A stretch of 64,000 bases of DNA from Botryllus schlosseri (lineage: Eukaryota), in assembly GCA_051294905.1 (NCBI GenBank), contig CM119371.1, positions 7,318,001 to 7,382,000 of the forward strand, read 5' to 3'. The notes under the pieces were generated by a model that searched no databases, had not been told where the DNA came from, and saw only the letters and a list, made by a program, of their open reading frames with translations. A program made the translations under genes and the position numbers. This document shows positions 1-11,488 of the stretch, piece by piece (the first letter of the stretch is position 1; every line of letters starts with the position of its first letter).

Positions 1-150
1 TAACTATACCATAAAAATCTAAAAACCTCGTGAAACCAGTGTATCAATGCCAAAGCCAGATACCACATTAAAAACTTTAAGCCAGATTCCCCCCTAAAAA
101 TTTCAAAATTCCCCCCAAGGGGGGAATTCCCCCCCGGTTGGGAACCACTG
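1..150. mobile_element. Right end of a hAT-type non-autonomous element (same family as 25474-26778)
   Basis: Ends in ...AAAATTCCCCCCAAGGGGGGAATTCC..GGTTGGGAACCACTG, near-identical to 26733-26778; left end lies outside the window. Confidence 0.7.
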
Positions 151-151
151 G

Positions 152-245
152 AGTAGGCCAACACCGACAGATGGCATTGCTGCGTCACAATGCATGTAGC
201 AAGTAGACCAACACCGACAGATGACATTGCTACGTCACAATACAA
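152..245. repeat. Two-copy ~50 bp tandem duplication
   Basis: AGTAG(G/A)CCAACACCGACAGATG(G/A)CATTGCT(G/A)CGTCACAAT occurs at 152 and again at 202. Confidence 0.7.
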
Positions 246-2020
246 GTGTCGATTTCACCAGGTGCCGAGTTCACTGGCAACCAGCCCTACAAATGGGTAC
301 AGTCTTTGAAAATACATGCATTTACGATGATGCAGGAGCTATTTAGTGCAATTTTTTACGACTCACAAATGTGTATCAGATGTATCACAAAACTAATTTA
401 TACTTTCCAAAATCCAAAGTGAAAAAGTAGGTAGTTGTGGGCCTAAACAACATTTTAAGTAGTAGCGGAAGTAAAATGTCAAAATGTCACCATTAGGGCA
501 TGTAGCGCAATTAAGCAAAACGTACTTAAGTACTGCGAATAGGAACAATCTTCAGCAACATATTCAGTTACGATATGTGGCTCTTTTACGGCCTTTCAAT
601 TTCCCTCATAAGAATGATCCCAATTATCCAAAAGCTACTATCTACTTTCCAAAACTCAATGTGGGAAAAGTAGTTTGCACATAATCTGTTCAAGTAGTAG
701 CCGTTACTAATGGTATAAAAAGATAGCCACTTCAGTACTCGCTCAAAGTAGTAGTAAATTGTTATAGACCCCCTCTGGCAATATGTAAAAAGTTGAGAAG
801 ATTATATGGAGCCGCGTGGACTCTCTCTCTCACACACTGTAAAATCTTCATTTACTGTGTACCCTTTGTTATTCATGCCTGGCTGTCCCAAATCAGGGTA
901 GGGCAACATGCGACCTGCAGACAGCTTCCGGTCGTATACGATAATGTCGCCGTCGTCTACCATCAACCGCGAGTCATCGTTTTCGACCATGATCATTATG
1001 GCCTAATAAGACAAAGCCTCGTTCCAATCAAACTTATGTTTACGGGCAGTCTCTACTTCCAACATGCAGCCAGATAGTTCAAAGAACTTTCTCGGCACAC
1101 AGAATTATTTTTACATCTACTGAATTACATTACGATACTGAATTCATTGACAACTGTTTTTGGTCTCTATACTTCACGCTTAAAATTTATATTATGCATG
1201 TTTTGTTCCTTGCATAGGTGGATAAAGACGTGTTTGACGTATCGATTCATCAATCCGTACCGGAGCCAAGTACTTCAGTTTTCCATTTCAGGCCCGCAGA
1301 ACGGAGAAGTTGCCCAGCCCACCCCAGTTCTAAATGTTCACAGCATAATAATCAGGTCGACAACTCGCTAGATTCCCAATTTCATGCTTTCAACACAGTT
1401 TATTTTTTACAAACAGTAGACAAATAAGAAACCCAATTATACGTGATTCATTCCACAGGAAATTACGAGAGTTTACTCTTACGCAATTGCAAGCAACAGA
1501 TAGAACGAAGACAAAGAGACATTGAATTTCAAGCTTAACCAGAACACAGTCGTGTCTTAAATTTAGTGTCGATATATTTTAAAACCTATAATGCCAAAGC
1601 CTCAGGTTCCGCAAACAACAACCCAATATTATTCAAACCATCGAGGCAAAGTGTCAAACCAGCTGTTTCAACTATAAGGGCGAAAGAATCAAAACTTCTG
1701 TACAATCATCTGTACATAGCAAGTATAAGAATGTGAAACCTGAACTGCAGTTTCCATAAGTCAAGAAAGACACAGTTTTTCGGCTTTGTGAATAGTGAGC
1801 GTTAACATGTATGCGTAAAGCAGTGGCTCTTGTCGTTTTCATAGACTTGGCCCAATTTCCATTATGCAAATATTCCATAACCCACCACACGGCCTCAGTT
1901 TCCTTTCAAGCGGCGGCAATACGGCAGGTTTATGCCTAGCAGTTCTTAAATAGCTGGTTCGTGGTACAGAACTTGAATATAGCTTTCAATACAACATCCA
2001 TTGTAGCAGTATATTTATTA

Positions 2021-2057
2021 AACTCGAACACTTTTCGGGTGCCTCTTTTCAAGAGTT
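2021..2057 (-). ncRNA. Candidate minimal type I hammerhead ribozyme in the PLE 3' UTR (left arm)
   Basis: Minus strand reads AACTC-TTGAAAA-GAGGCACCC-GAAA-AGTGT-TC-GAGTT: 5 bp stem I, U3/A8 variant of the CUGANGA box, GAAA box, UC site, then AATAAA; minimal hammerheads are typical of PLE repeats. Stems II/III are marginal. Confidence 0.55.
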
Positions 2058-2445
2058 ATCGGCACACTAAAGGGATTTAAACAGATTTAAAAGCAAAACC
2101 AAAAAGGCAAAGTATGACGCAACAATCAAAATCACAGACCATGAAATTCGCATTGTATCAATGGCAACAATAACAAACTACGAAGTATACGGACGTCGGA
2201 CATACGGTACTATTGGGCTCGAAAGTCACGTGACTTCTGGTTCGCTGGGGCCAAACAACTGTCTTGGATAGCTGCTGCCTGTGTTAATTTGCGATATTGG
2301 TCTGTTTTTAAATCGTATTTTCTGTCTCAGTGAGGTTGTTTGAAGTACAGTTCTGGGTTTTATGTTATCTTCTATGACTTATTAGCTAGTTTCAGGACTT
2401 TTAGATACTAACTAGGTAGGATTATGTTGTTTTGCAGCCGCGCAA

Positions 2446-2985
2446 AATGTCAGGGTATAACGTGCCAATTTGTTATAATGGATGAGAAAACAATTCGGAG
2501 TAGTCTTTCCATCGACTTCTGAATTGCCAGAAAACGACAGGAAAGTGACTGAAATTAATAAAGCTAGTGAGAATGATAAATATAATTAACATTTGAACTA
2601 TGTTGACTTGTTTGTTTGGTGGTATCAAATGTCATACCGGTATCTCGTGTGCCCCAAGATAGCGTAATCGAGTCAGCTTCAATAGCAAATGATTTAAGAT
2701 AAGCCGCAATTATTAGATTTTTTAAAAGTGTTTATGTAGTGAAAGTGGCCTAAGAATAGATGCATCAAGGATAGTGCTGAGAAGACTGCTATTGCCGGAC
2801 AAGGATAAGAGTACCGTACTTTCGACTTGGTGTTTTTGATGATGCAGCGATTTACAATTTGGTATCATTCTAACTGGAATGTAAATATTCTTTTAATGGG
2901 AGACCAGGTCTTGCTGTTACTCATGACACTACTTCCTATAATTTAGTACTGGCACTGTTGCCAATGTTTTTCTAAATTTTGGTCA
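2446..2985 (+). pseudogene. Decayed THAP + helix-turn-helix N-terminal part of an ISL2EU transposase
   Basis: Frameshifted fragments read by eye: C..CYNG...SFHRL (THAP-like) and DQVLLLLMTL...TGTVANVF (HTH_Tnp_4-like); many stops; boundaries approximate. Confidence 0.45.
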
Positions 2986-4379
2986 AGTTTCTATACATCA
3001 GTGTTGTTCAAAAATAACTTTTTTTCCAAATTTCACTGGCTCATGAACAAAATTGTTAGGTGGCTTGAAAAACGGTTGCACACTAGATTTGGCTCAAGTC
3101 CAACATGCAGAAGTGAAGCTATCAGATTTAAAAAAAAAAATGAATTTATTGAAAAAATAAAATAGTTTTATTAAATTTTACTGGCTATGCCATGAAATTG
3201 TTGAGTTTTCAAAAAATGTTTAGCAAATTTGGCTAGTTGAGCCAAATTAAAAATTTTCTACTTTCAGTAGCTTTTGCATTGCTCCATACAAAATTTACAC
3301 AAATTTCTTGAACAAAAATCAGAGGGTAATTCATAACTTTATTCTCTTTATAGATACTTTTAGATGGTTAACAAATCAATGCAAACATTGATGCTAGCCT
3401 CACTAATCTGTACCTGATTGCTGTGCTAGTGAAGTTGCACTGTGCGCTATATGTAAACCATATCCGGGGCATCTCTGATCCCGGCATCTTGTATGATGCA
3501 ATTGGTATCTCTGCCAAAAACTGCTCTCCAGAAGACACCATCTCCTTCATCGCAAGAACGAGAAACACACGCACGCTATTTACCCCTTGAACTGTGAGAA
3601 AATGCAGCTCAACTTTCTATGGAATGACGTCACCATAGGAAGGTGGAGCGACACACTTCAAGACGCTACCGGCCTTAAAAGTCAGGACCACATATACTTC
3701 CTGAACTTGTAGAAATCCACCCAAAACGCTGGGAAGGAACTGACATTGTTATAGACATATGGTACATCATTGCCACCAGTAGGTCATTTGTGACACCGGC
3801 CTCGTAGCCATACGGACCCAACCACACTGGTATCCCTTACCGTCGTTCTCAGGGCCAGAGCACCGTGAATTTACACAAACGCCGTTCAGGATCTTGGCTT
3901 GTCAATGGAAGATACTTACGTCTACGCGATGCAGAAACGCAATAACTACAGATTGCCATGGAGTACTCACAGTTACACTGCTTGCTGTTATTCTCGTCAA
4001 TTTCGATATACCACCACAGTCCTATCAATTGTATTGCTTATGACTGCCCATTTTCAAGCCAACTCTGTGTGTTTAAGTGAGTCGTCAGTATAAGACTACC
4101 TCCACAGTAGCAGTGTATAGCTTAAGTCAAAACTGCATCCGTTTATGGCAAGTTGGCAAAATTAATCAGGAATACCTAATCTGTGACCAATACCTACATT
4201 CTATTTGTTTCATTCTCGGTACAAAGGAAATACATTCTCAAGTTGTGAATTCGTCGAATTTATTGGCCAGTTATTGATTTCGTCAGCACTCCTGGAATTT
4301 TGTAAAATCAAGCGAGAGTATGCAACTATGCAAGATTAAGAAAGTATTGTTGTGGAAATATTATTATATCAGAATTAGG

Positions 4380-4850
4380 TAGTTCTTCTATTCAGAATCT
4401 CGAGGGAATCGTCGGGTCCAAAACGAAGAAATGGCATAAGTTTTGAGTATGCAATGCACAAGCTGCCCTGCACTTGTCAAAGTACTTGTGATGCTGGGCA
4501 AGTACTATAGTATCACCGACTCATTTCAAAATGAAGACTTTCTTCTAAACGCTCAAGTCTATTAATGATCTTGATTTGGTAGAATAGGGACACTTGATAT
4601 CTGTCAATACACACATTACAAAAGTGCCGCAAACATGTCCTAAAACTACTTTAAAAAATATAACACTCCGGCAAGTATGCAATATTACATAGTACTCTGA
4701 AAAGGTGGAAATACTATCTTCTTTACTTTCATTCAGTGTGCATGCCTCCTCTTTACATCGCCTAGGTCAAGATGGGTGTCTGATTCCATAGACTATTCCA
4801 AGTCGCTTCGACATCTTCCTGTCTTTTCATTGTATCGCATTTTGTGGTGT
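4380..4850 (-). pseudogene. Decayed YqaJ/lambda-exonuclease-like gene of element A
   Basis: Minus-strand fragments DIKCPYS (~4585-4605) and HKYFD/QVQGSL...CHFFV (~4420-4495) match the ExKCP and YxxQVQGQL..CDFVV motifs; frameshifted. Confidence 0.6.
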
Positions 4851-4878
4851 ATTGAACTGATAAAATTGCTAATAAACC

Positions 4879-4901
4879 AATGATGATGATGATGATGATG
4901 A
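4879..4901. repeat. (GAT)n microsatellite
   Basis: About 7 ATG/GAT units. Confidence 0.85.
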
Positions 4902-6000
4902 CCGTCTGTTTGCACCACAACATAAATGCTTTAAAGTTTAAGGGTCTCTTCGCTTTTTGATAAGCTTTTTCTTTCTTTATTTCTCTTGCTTGCTTCCATA
5001 CGTCCTCGTCAATGGTGCCGATTTTCGAGCCTCATCGGCTTTACTTAGCCATTTGGGCTTGATTACATGACGCTGCTCATGTAGTTAGGTAAGCATTGGG
5101 GAGTCCAGATAAGCCTCCGACTCACTTGCGTCAAGTGGGATTCGAACTCAATTCCAACGCTTCCCCAATCTTTCAGGTAATTTTGCAGTTACCAACCTCT
5201 ACGTCATAAACTTTCATTATACTCATGGCTAAACTGAATATTTCCCAATTCTTTGCCATCACCACCATACATTGCTGATATTGACCAGATTCGGATTATT
5301 TTTGAAGAACTCGCAAATCGTAAAAGTAGCTTAACCAAATCCATCTGAAATCAAATTTAACACGGTACGGTAATGTTACAATATTAATAATCTCCGATGT
5401 TGACTGATCACTGTCTCCGTGTCGATAAGTATACACTTGAAGCATAATAATGCTGCAGCCATACGATGAATACCGGTAGTTAGTAGGTCCAGATGAAAGT
5501 ACTAAACCTTGGAATTATTTGTGTGAAATAGGCTATCTTAAACTGCTCTATACTCCATCATGTTAATTGAATACTATACATTGTCATCTATCTGCACGAA
5601 AAAAAAATCAATCCTGGAACACAAACACATAATATGACAGCAAAGACCAGCGCAGTAGCAGAAATTGCGACATACAAATGCATTACTGTCGCAGAGAAGA
5701 TGATACCAGAAACGCGCTTGGCCCCAGACGGTGGTTGCTATGCTGAAAAGTCACGTGACTTTCAAGCCCAATACGGCCGTAAACCAAACTTTACGCTGAT
5801 TGGTCGAGAGACAGTGGCCATGGATACGACGCAGCAACGGAGGACGCTGCATTTACCTAAGCCTAGTTGGCACTACGATGTATTCCTATAGCCGTGTAAA
5901 CTGCATAAAAACGACAAGATTACAGTTAAATGTTTATTACTTCATCAATAATAAAATTAGGAAAGGATATTAAATATTTAGTAATGTATACTAAAATATA

Positions 6001-6198
6001 ATGCCGAAATACTGCTGTGTTTATAAATGCAGTGTCACCAATGGCAATGAACTGGGGAAGAACAGATTTTTCCATTCATTTCCTTCCAACGCAAAGGTCA
6101 GGAAGGCTTGGGAATGCAGACTAAGAAGGCAGGATTTCAAGCCTACTTCCACAAGCTTCATTTGCTCCTCATCGCCGACCTCACTGCAGTTGCAGTGA
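6001..6198 (+). pseudogene. THAP zinc-finger domain (truncated) of element B
   Basis: MPKYCCVYKC...FFHSFP....RKAW...RRQDFKP....ICS is the canonical THAP pattern; frame is lost at the final His. Confidence 0.85.
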
Positions 6199-6777
6199 CT
6201 TAAAAAGCCCAGAAATCACAGTGAGCCGAGCTACAAGTCAGCAGCTAAAGACCCGATGAATCGCGAGCCGATGCATGAGAGAGTGGAAAGAATGTCAAAG
6301 ACAAGAATAAATGCATTGATCAGTTCAAATACTGTCATGTCGTGGAGCACAAAGCCTTAAACAGGCTAAAAGCACCACTGTTGTGTACAATTATAATAAT
6401 AATAATAATTTGCTACCACCACTTTGGCAAGGAAGATTTTGCTGCTAGTGCATTATAGATACACCAATACAGTCACGTCTAAAGAGAGGTGCGATTCCCA
6501 GTCGCAATCTCCGTGGTGAAGCAGAAGATATGCGCATTGCAAAGAGGCGGATCCTGAACTCCATGCCGTGTCAACTGTCTTCCTGCAATGTTGTGGGTGC
6601 TGCACATGCGAATCTTACATTGTCATCTGGTGATCCTGATCTAGAATCGCCATCGTGTAGCCTTGAAATGGAATCTTCAAATCCATCACCTGAATCTTAG
6701 GGTTAGAAGCCAACGAAGTCAGTCATATGCAGATTAGCTACCTATAAGCCCACAGGACATCAGAACAGAGATGATGT

Positions 6778-7243
6778 GCAGAATGGTGTAAATACACAGG
6801 GCTCTTCGACTCACAAGTAGCAATTTTGGTAGGGTTTTGGACTGCTTTGAGGGGAACAAGACAGCAGGTACTCCATATGCAACATCTCTTTTCAAATCAC
6901 TTCAAGGACAGTACAGTATGAACAGGTATTCAATATTGTGGGGGTTATTATTGCACGAAGAAAGGGCCATTCAAGACTACTAAGCATCACTCATGTGAAT
7001 GTAGCAAAGATAGGTCTTGTTCTTTTTCCATATGGATATCTGGGTGCTTCACATGATAGAGTGGTTCTAGCTGAGCAGACCTCATCTGCCTTGGTGTGCT
7101 TGAGGTATCGTAACAGCACATGCGATGAGTTCATGAAATTTGAACTTGGGCAGAAATCACAGAAAAATAGTTTTTATTTGACCGCTGCTAGATAATTACA
7201 AGTAAATCACTCTTATTGGCATCAAATTCAGGCCCAAATGTGA
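6778..7243 (+). pseudogene. Decayed YqaJ-like exonuclease of element B
   Basis: Motifs in order: EW...RLTSSNFG, GLVLFPYGYLGASHDR (GxLGASPDG), NHSYWHQIQAQM (YYxQIQGQM); frameshifts and stops. Confidence 0.75.
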
Positions 7244-7671
7244 GCCACAAATAATCCTGCCTTCTTATACTCTGCCTTCCCAAGCCTTCCTGTCCTTTGC
7301 ATTGGAAGAAAATGAATGGAAAGATCTGTTCTTCCCCAGTTCATTGCCATTGGTGGCACTGCATTTATAAACACAGTAGTATTTCGTCATTATATTTCAG
7401 TATATGTTATTAAATATTTTATTTCCTTTCCGAATTTTAATATTGATGAAGTAATAAACATTTAACTGTAATCTTGTCGTTTCTATGCAGTCTACACGGC
7501 TATAGGAATACATCGTAGTGCCAACTAGGCTTAGGTAAATGCAGCGTCCTCCGTTGCTGCGTCGTGTCCATGGCCACTGTCTCTCGACCAATCAGCGTAA
7601 AGTTTGGTTTACGGCCGTATAGTAGCAGCACAATTTGTAAATAAACAGTTACACGCACGGAACAACACGCA

Positions 7672-8724
7672 CTAATGAGGAATTTGTAGGTTATAGAGGA
7701 AATCTTTCTGTCTGCATAAAATAGGTTTGCTCAACTGAATAATAGTAGACTCCAACACTTTTAAATGAAACACAGACCTACCACGCGTAATGACAGAGAA
7801 CATATTGTCACCATAGTGCTGTGCACAGGCAAGGTTTTCACTCAGATGCTGACCGATTGACGAAGCATATGCTTGGTAATCATCATAGCAGTCTGTTTTT
7901 GCAGCCAATTTGCACTGACGTGCGAGCTCCGTGCGATCATTTGCGCATGTTTTTGACCGAATCAATTTTGGGATATGCTGCTTGATACGCTCAAACAATC
8001 TTTGAGATGTACGTCCTACATACCTACTATCACAGTGGCACTTGTATTGGTAAACAACATTTCTTGCATCAAAGGCAGGAAGTACATCTTTTCGAGAGTT
8101 GGGTAACAAGGGTTTCGTCGTGTACACTACATGCGTGTTAACGCTGTAGTAGCAACGGTGAACAGCCGATTTAATAAGCTTTTCAAATCGGCTAGACACG
8201 TTACCTAGCCAAGGTAGGTGTAAAAATGCCGGGCATTTTTCTGGGCCATATTTTGGAGCTGTATCCGATTTTTTCAATACCCTAGAGATGGAGCATTTTA
8301 ATATGTGGTCCGGATAGCCATTTTTGGAGAGAATCAAGTGGATATCATCCAATTCGCGTGACAGTTTTTCCGGTGAGCAGAGGCGCAAGGCGCGATTAAC
8401 GAGAGATGAAATGAGGTTTAATTTACGCCGCTTCGGGCAGAATGAATCCCAACGAATGTAATGACCAGTGAAAGTAGGTTTTCTGTACACCGACGTTAAA
8501 AACGTTTGTCCTGATCTCTCTACTAAGACGTCTAAAAAGGGAAGGGCAGCATCAGTTTCCTTTTCCACGGTAAATTGTAGAGCTGGATGGAGACAATTCA
8601 ATTTTTCGAAGAAATTATTACACTCTCGCTCATTTTTAAAGGCAACAAAGGTGTCATCGACATATCTAAAATAGAGAGGAGGTTTTGTGACGTTTTCAAA
8701 CAATTTCTTTTCATGGTATCCCAC
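7672..8724 (-). CDS. Penelope-like polyprotein, 5'-truncated: RT C-terminal part, thumb/linker and GIY-YIG endonuclease
   Basis: YFRYVDDTF, LQFTVEKE, LPFLDVLV, VYRKPT, NGYP, VVYQYKCHCDSRYVGRT..RL..RIKQH, IGQHL, LESTII; no true start (truncated at the inversion junction). Confidence 0.93.
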   Translation of the reverse strand: MGYHEKKLFENVTKPPLYFRYVDDTFVAFKNERECNNFFEKLNCLHPALQFTVEKETDAALPFLDVLVERSGQTFLTSVYRKPTFTGHYIRWDSFCPKRRKLNLISSLVNRALRLCSPEKLSRELDDIHLILSKNGYPDHILKCSISRVLKKSDTAPKYGPEKCPAFLHLPWLGNVSSRFEKLIKSAVHRCYYSVNTHVVYTTKPLLPNSRKDVLPAFDARNVVYQYKCHCDSRYVGRTSQRLFERIKQHIPKLIRSKTCANDRTELARQCKLAAKTDCYDDYQAYASSIGQHLSENLACAQHYGDNMFSVITRGRSVFHLKVLESTIIQLSKPILCRQKDFLYNLQIPH

Positions 8725-8738
8725 GAATATATCGGCCA

Positions 8739-9551
8739 GTGGGACCTACTTTCATTGGTCATTACATTCGTTGGGATTCATTCTGCCCGAAGCGGCGTAA
8801 ATTAAACCTCATTTCATCTCTCGTTAATCGCGCCTTGCGCCTCTGCTCACCGGAAAAACTGTCACGCGAATTGGATGATATCCACTTGATTCTCTCCAAA
8901 AATGGCTATCCGGACCACATATTAAAATGCTCCATCTCTAGGGTATTAAAAAAATCGGATACAGCTCCAAAATATGGCCCAGAAAAATGCCCGGCATTTT
9001 TACACCTACCTTGGCTAGGTAACGTGTCCAGCCGATTTGAAAAGCTTATTAAATCGGCTGTTCACCGTTGCTACTACAGCGTTAACACGCATGTAGTGTA
9101 CACGACGAAACCCTTGTTACCCAACTCTCGAAAAGATGTACTTCCTGCCTTTGATGCAAGTAATGTTGTTTACCAATACAAGTGCCACTGTGATAGTAGG
9201 TATGTAGGACGTACATCTCAAAGATTGTTTGAGCGTATCAAGCAGCATATCCCAAAATTGATTCGGTCAAAAACATGCGCAAATGATCGCACGGAGCTCG
9301 CACGTCAGTGCAAATTGGCTGCAAAAACAGACTGCTATGATGATTACCAAGCATATGCTTCGTCAATCGGTCAGCATCTGAGTGAAAACCTTGCCTGTGC
9401 ACAGCACTATGATGACAATATGTTCTCTGTCATTACGCGTGGTATGTCTGTGTTTTATTTAAAAGTGTTGGAGTCTACTATTATTCAGTTGAGCAAACCT
9501 ATTTTATGCAGACAGAAAGATTTCCTCTATAACCTACAAATTTCTCATTAG
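8739..9551 (+). CDS. Inverted, further truncated copy of the PLE ORF (thumb/linker + GIY-YIG)
   Basis: Near-identical to residues ~83-350 of the minus-strand ORF (about 6 amino-acid differences); lacks the YVDD motif. Confidence 0.9.
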   Translation: MGPTFIGHYIRWDSFCPKRRKLNLISSLVNRALRLCSPEKLSRELDDIHLILSKNGYPDHILKCSISRVLKKSDTAPKYGPEKCPAFLHLPWLGNVSSRFEKLIKSAVHRCYYSVNTHVVYTTKPLLPNSRKDVLPAFDASNVVYQYKCHCDSRYVGRTSQRLFERIKQHIPKLIRSKTCANDRTELARQCKLAAKTDCYDDYQAYASSIGQHLSENLACAQHYDDNMFSVITRGMSVFYLKVLESTIIQLSKPILCRQKDFLYNLQISH

Positions 9552-10130
9552 TGCGTGTTGTTCCGTGCGTGTAACTGTTTATTTAAAAATTGTGCTGCTA
9601 CTATAGTACCGTATGTCCGTATACTTCGTAGTTTGTTATTGTTGCCATGGATACAATGCGAATTTCATGGTCTGTGATTTTGATTGTTGCGTCATACTTT
9701 GCCTTTTTGGTTTTGCTTTTAAGGGTCGGGTGCATGGATGCTAATCAGATTAGGGCCTAATCACTAGTTAATTGATTTCTGATTAAGCAGCAGATTAAAT
9801 TCCAGGGCATGGATAGTGATTGACTAGTAATTAATTAATCTATGATTAGCCACGTAAATGACGCATGACTGACGCATTTATCTGAGCTGACGAACCGGAA
9901 CGGTTGTTTTGCACTGCTTTCAAAACATCCTACGCATAAGTTTCGGGCGTTTGTTGCTTGATAAACGATAGCTGCCGTTCAGTGCATTATCCAAAACGTA
10001 TACATGGTTATCTTCATTGTCTAAATTATAAATTAATGCCTGCTAATGCCATTGTTGACAGGAATATTTCATAGCTGCTTCTGCTTACTATATCAGCACC
10101 CTACCAAAGTACCAATACGGTAGTCTGTTT

Positions 10131-11228
10131 ATGGTAGTTTATTGGGCATCAAACCACTTTACCATGGACTATCATCTCGATTCGATCATGCTGCTCTACA
10201 ATTTGAACAACAGGAGTATACCAAGGCGTATCGTTAGAGACCGGAGTAATCCAGTGGAGCACCTATCAAGCGGAGAGTTTGTACATCGTTATCGCGTGTC
10301 CAAGGATTCCTTCATGGTACTCTTGGAGATAATAAAAGACGACCTTCAATACGACTGCAAAAGGAGCCATCCTATTCCTCCCATCTACCGACTACTTGCA
10401 ACCCTACGGTTCTATTCTTCAGGACATTTTCAGAGGACTGACGGAGACTTACTGCAAATGGATAGGACGTCAGTGTGCAGAATTGTTCACCAGGTGTCAA
10501 AAGCAATTGCTAAAAGAAAGCGAAAATTTATAAACTTTCCAAACACGCAGCATCAAATCAATTTAGAACAGATGGCATTTCATAGGGAGCATCAGTTTCC
10601 CGAGGTAATTGGACTCATAGATGGTACACATATACCAATTAGATCACCTGGTGGACCTAATGCAGAGTTATTCAGGAATCGAAAAGGTTATTTCTCTGTA
10701 AATGTACAAGTTGTTTGCAATTCTACAATGGAATTCACGCACATTGTCGCAAGGTGGCCAGGATCGACTCATGACAGCAGGATATTTGAATCCAGCTCAC
10801 TTCCTGTGTATCTGTCACGAACGAACAAACTGCTTCTTGGTGACAGTGGATACCCACTGTTGCAAAATCTGATGACTCCGCTCCCAAATCCTCAATCCGT
10901 CGCTGAGAGGCGTTATAATAGATCCCATATATCTACCCGCATTAAAATTGAAAGAGCGTTTGGTGTATGGAAGCAAAGGTTTCAATGCTTGATGATTCCA
11001 CTGCGCACCAGATTAGATAACTCGCTCGTGATCATTGTTGCTACTGCGTGCATCCACAACTTGTGCATTCGCCGACACGAAGACCTAAGCGACATTATGC
11101 AGCTCTCAGATAACGTTGCTGATGTGATAAATACACCCGAGAGCGATTTTGGGCATACGCCAGATAGTACTAGTACTATTTCAGGTAGAGCCAAACGCGA
11201 CGAAATAGTGTCCTGTCATTTTACGTAA
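10131..11228 (+). CDS. Harbinger DDE transposase (HARBI1-like, DDE_Tnp_4)
   Basis: GLIDGTHIPI, NRKGYFSVNVQVVC, WPGSTHDSRIF, LLGDSGYP, RIKIERAFGVWKQRF; uninterrupted ORF (start could be the second Met). Confidence 0.95.
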   Translation: MVVYWASNHFTMDYHLDSIMLLYNLNNRSIPRRIVRDRSNPVEHLSSGEFVHRYRVSKDSFMVLLEIIKDDLQYDCKRSHPIPPIYRLLATLRFYSSGHFQRTDGDLLQMDRTSVCRIVHQVSKAIAKRKRKFINFPNTQHQINLEQMAFHREHQFPEVIGLIDGTHIPIRSPGGPNAELFRNRKGYFSVNVQVVCNSTMEFTHIVARWPGSTHDSRIFESSSLPVYLSRTNKLLLGDSGYPLLQNLMTPLPNPQSVAERRYNRSHISTRIKIERAFGVWKQRFQCLMIPLRTRLDNSLVIIVATACIHNLCIRRHEDLSDIMQLSDNVADVINTPESDFGHTPDSTSTISGRAKRDEIVSCHFT

Positions 11229-11488
11229 CTGGAACGTGATAAGCTTTGTCAACAGGAGTTTGCGTACCATCTGGAATGGTACATTAAACGGTCTTTCTTA
11301 TCTCATGCTGTCATATTTTGTGATACGATTGTTAATATACAATGTTTTCAATTCTGTGAACAACTCGCTACCTATTACCAGCCGACAAATATTTGGGTTT
11401 CAGTTGTTAATAAACAAAGAATTGCAGTCGAAATATTTGCAAAGTTGGGCAAGGTTTGGGATGGTAGGCCTATTTTAAAGTCAACCAG

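Larger units (their letters stand above)
2214..5770. mobile_element. ISL2EU-type (PHIS group) DNA transposon A, degenerate
   Basis: TIR TGGGCT(C/T)GAAAGTCACGTGACTT at both ends; flanked by AT (2212-2213, 5771-5772); empty site GCTACT-AT-AGTACC at 9597-9610; THAP/HTH remnants on + and YqaJ remnants on -. Confidence 0.8.
5773..7618. mobile_element. ISL2EU-type non-autonomous element B with ~360 bp TIRs
   Basis: ACGGCCGTAAACC...GGTTTACGGCCGT termini flanked by AT on both sides; inverted similarity 5773-~6136 vs ~7253-7618; THAP and YqaJ remnants; no DDE domain seen. Confidence 0.85.

Noticed and set aside
5125..5150. Reverse B-box GAGTTCGAATCCCAC suggesting a tRNA gene
   Set aside because: No cloverleaf or matching A-box visible; at most a SINE remnant
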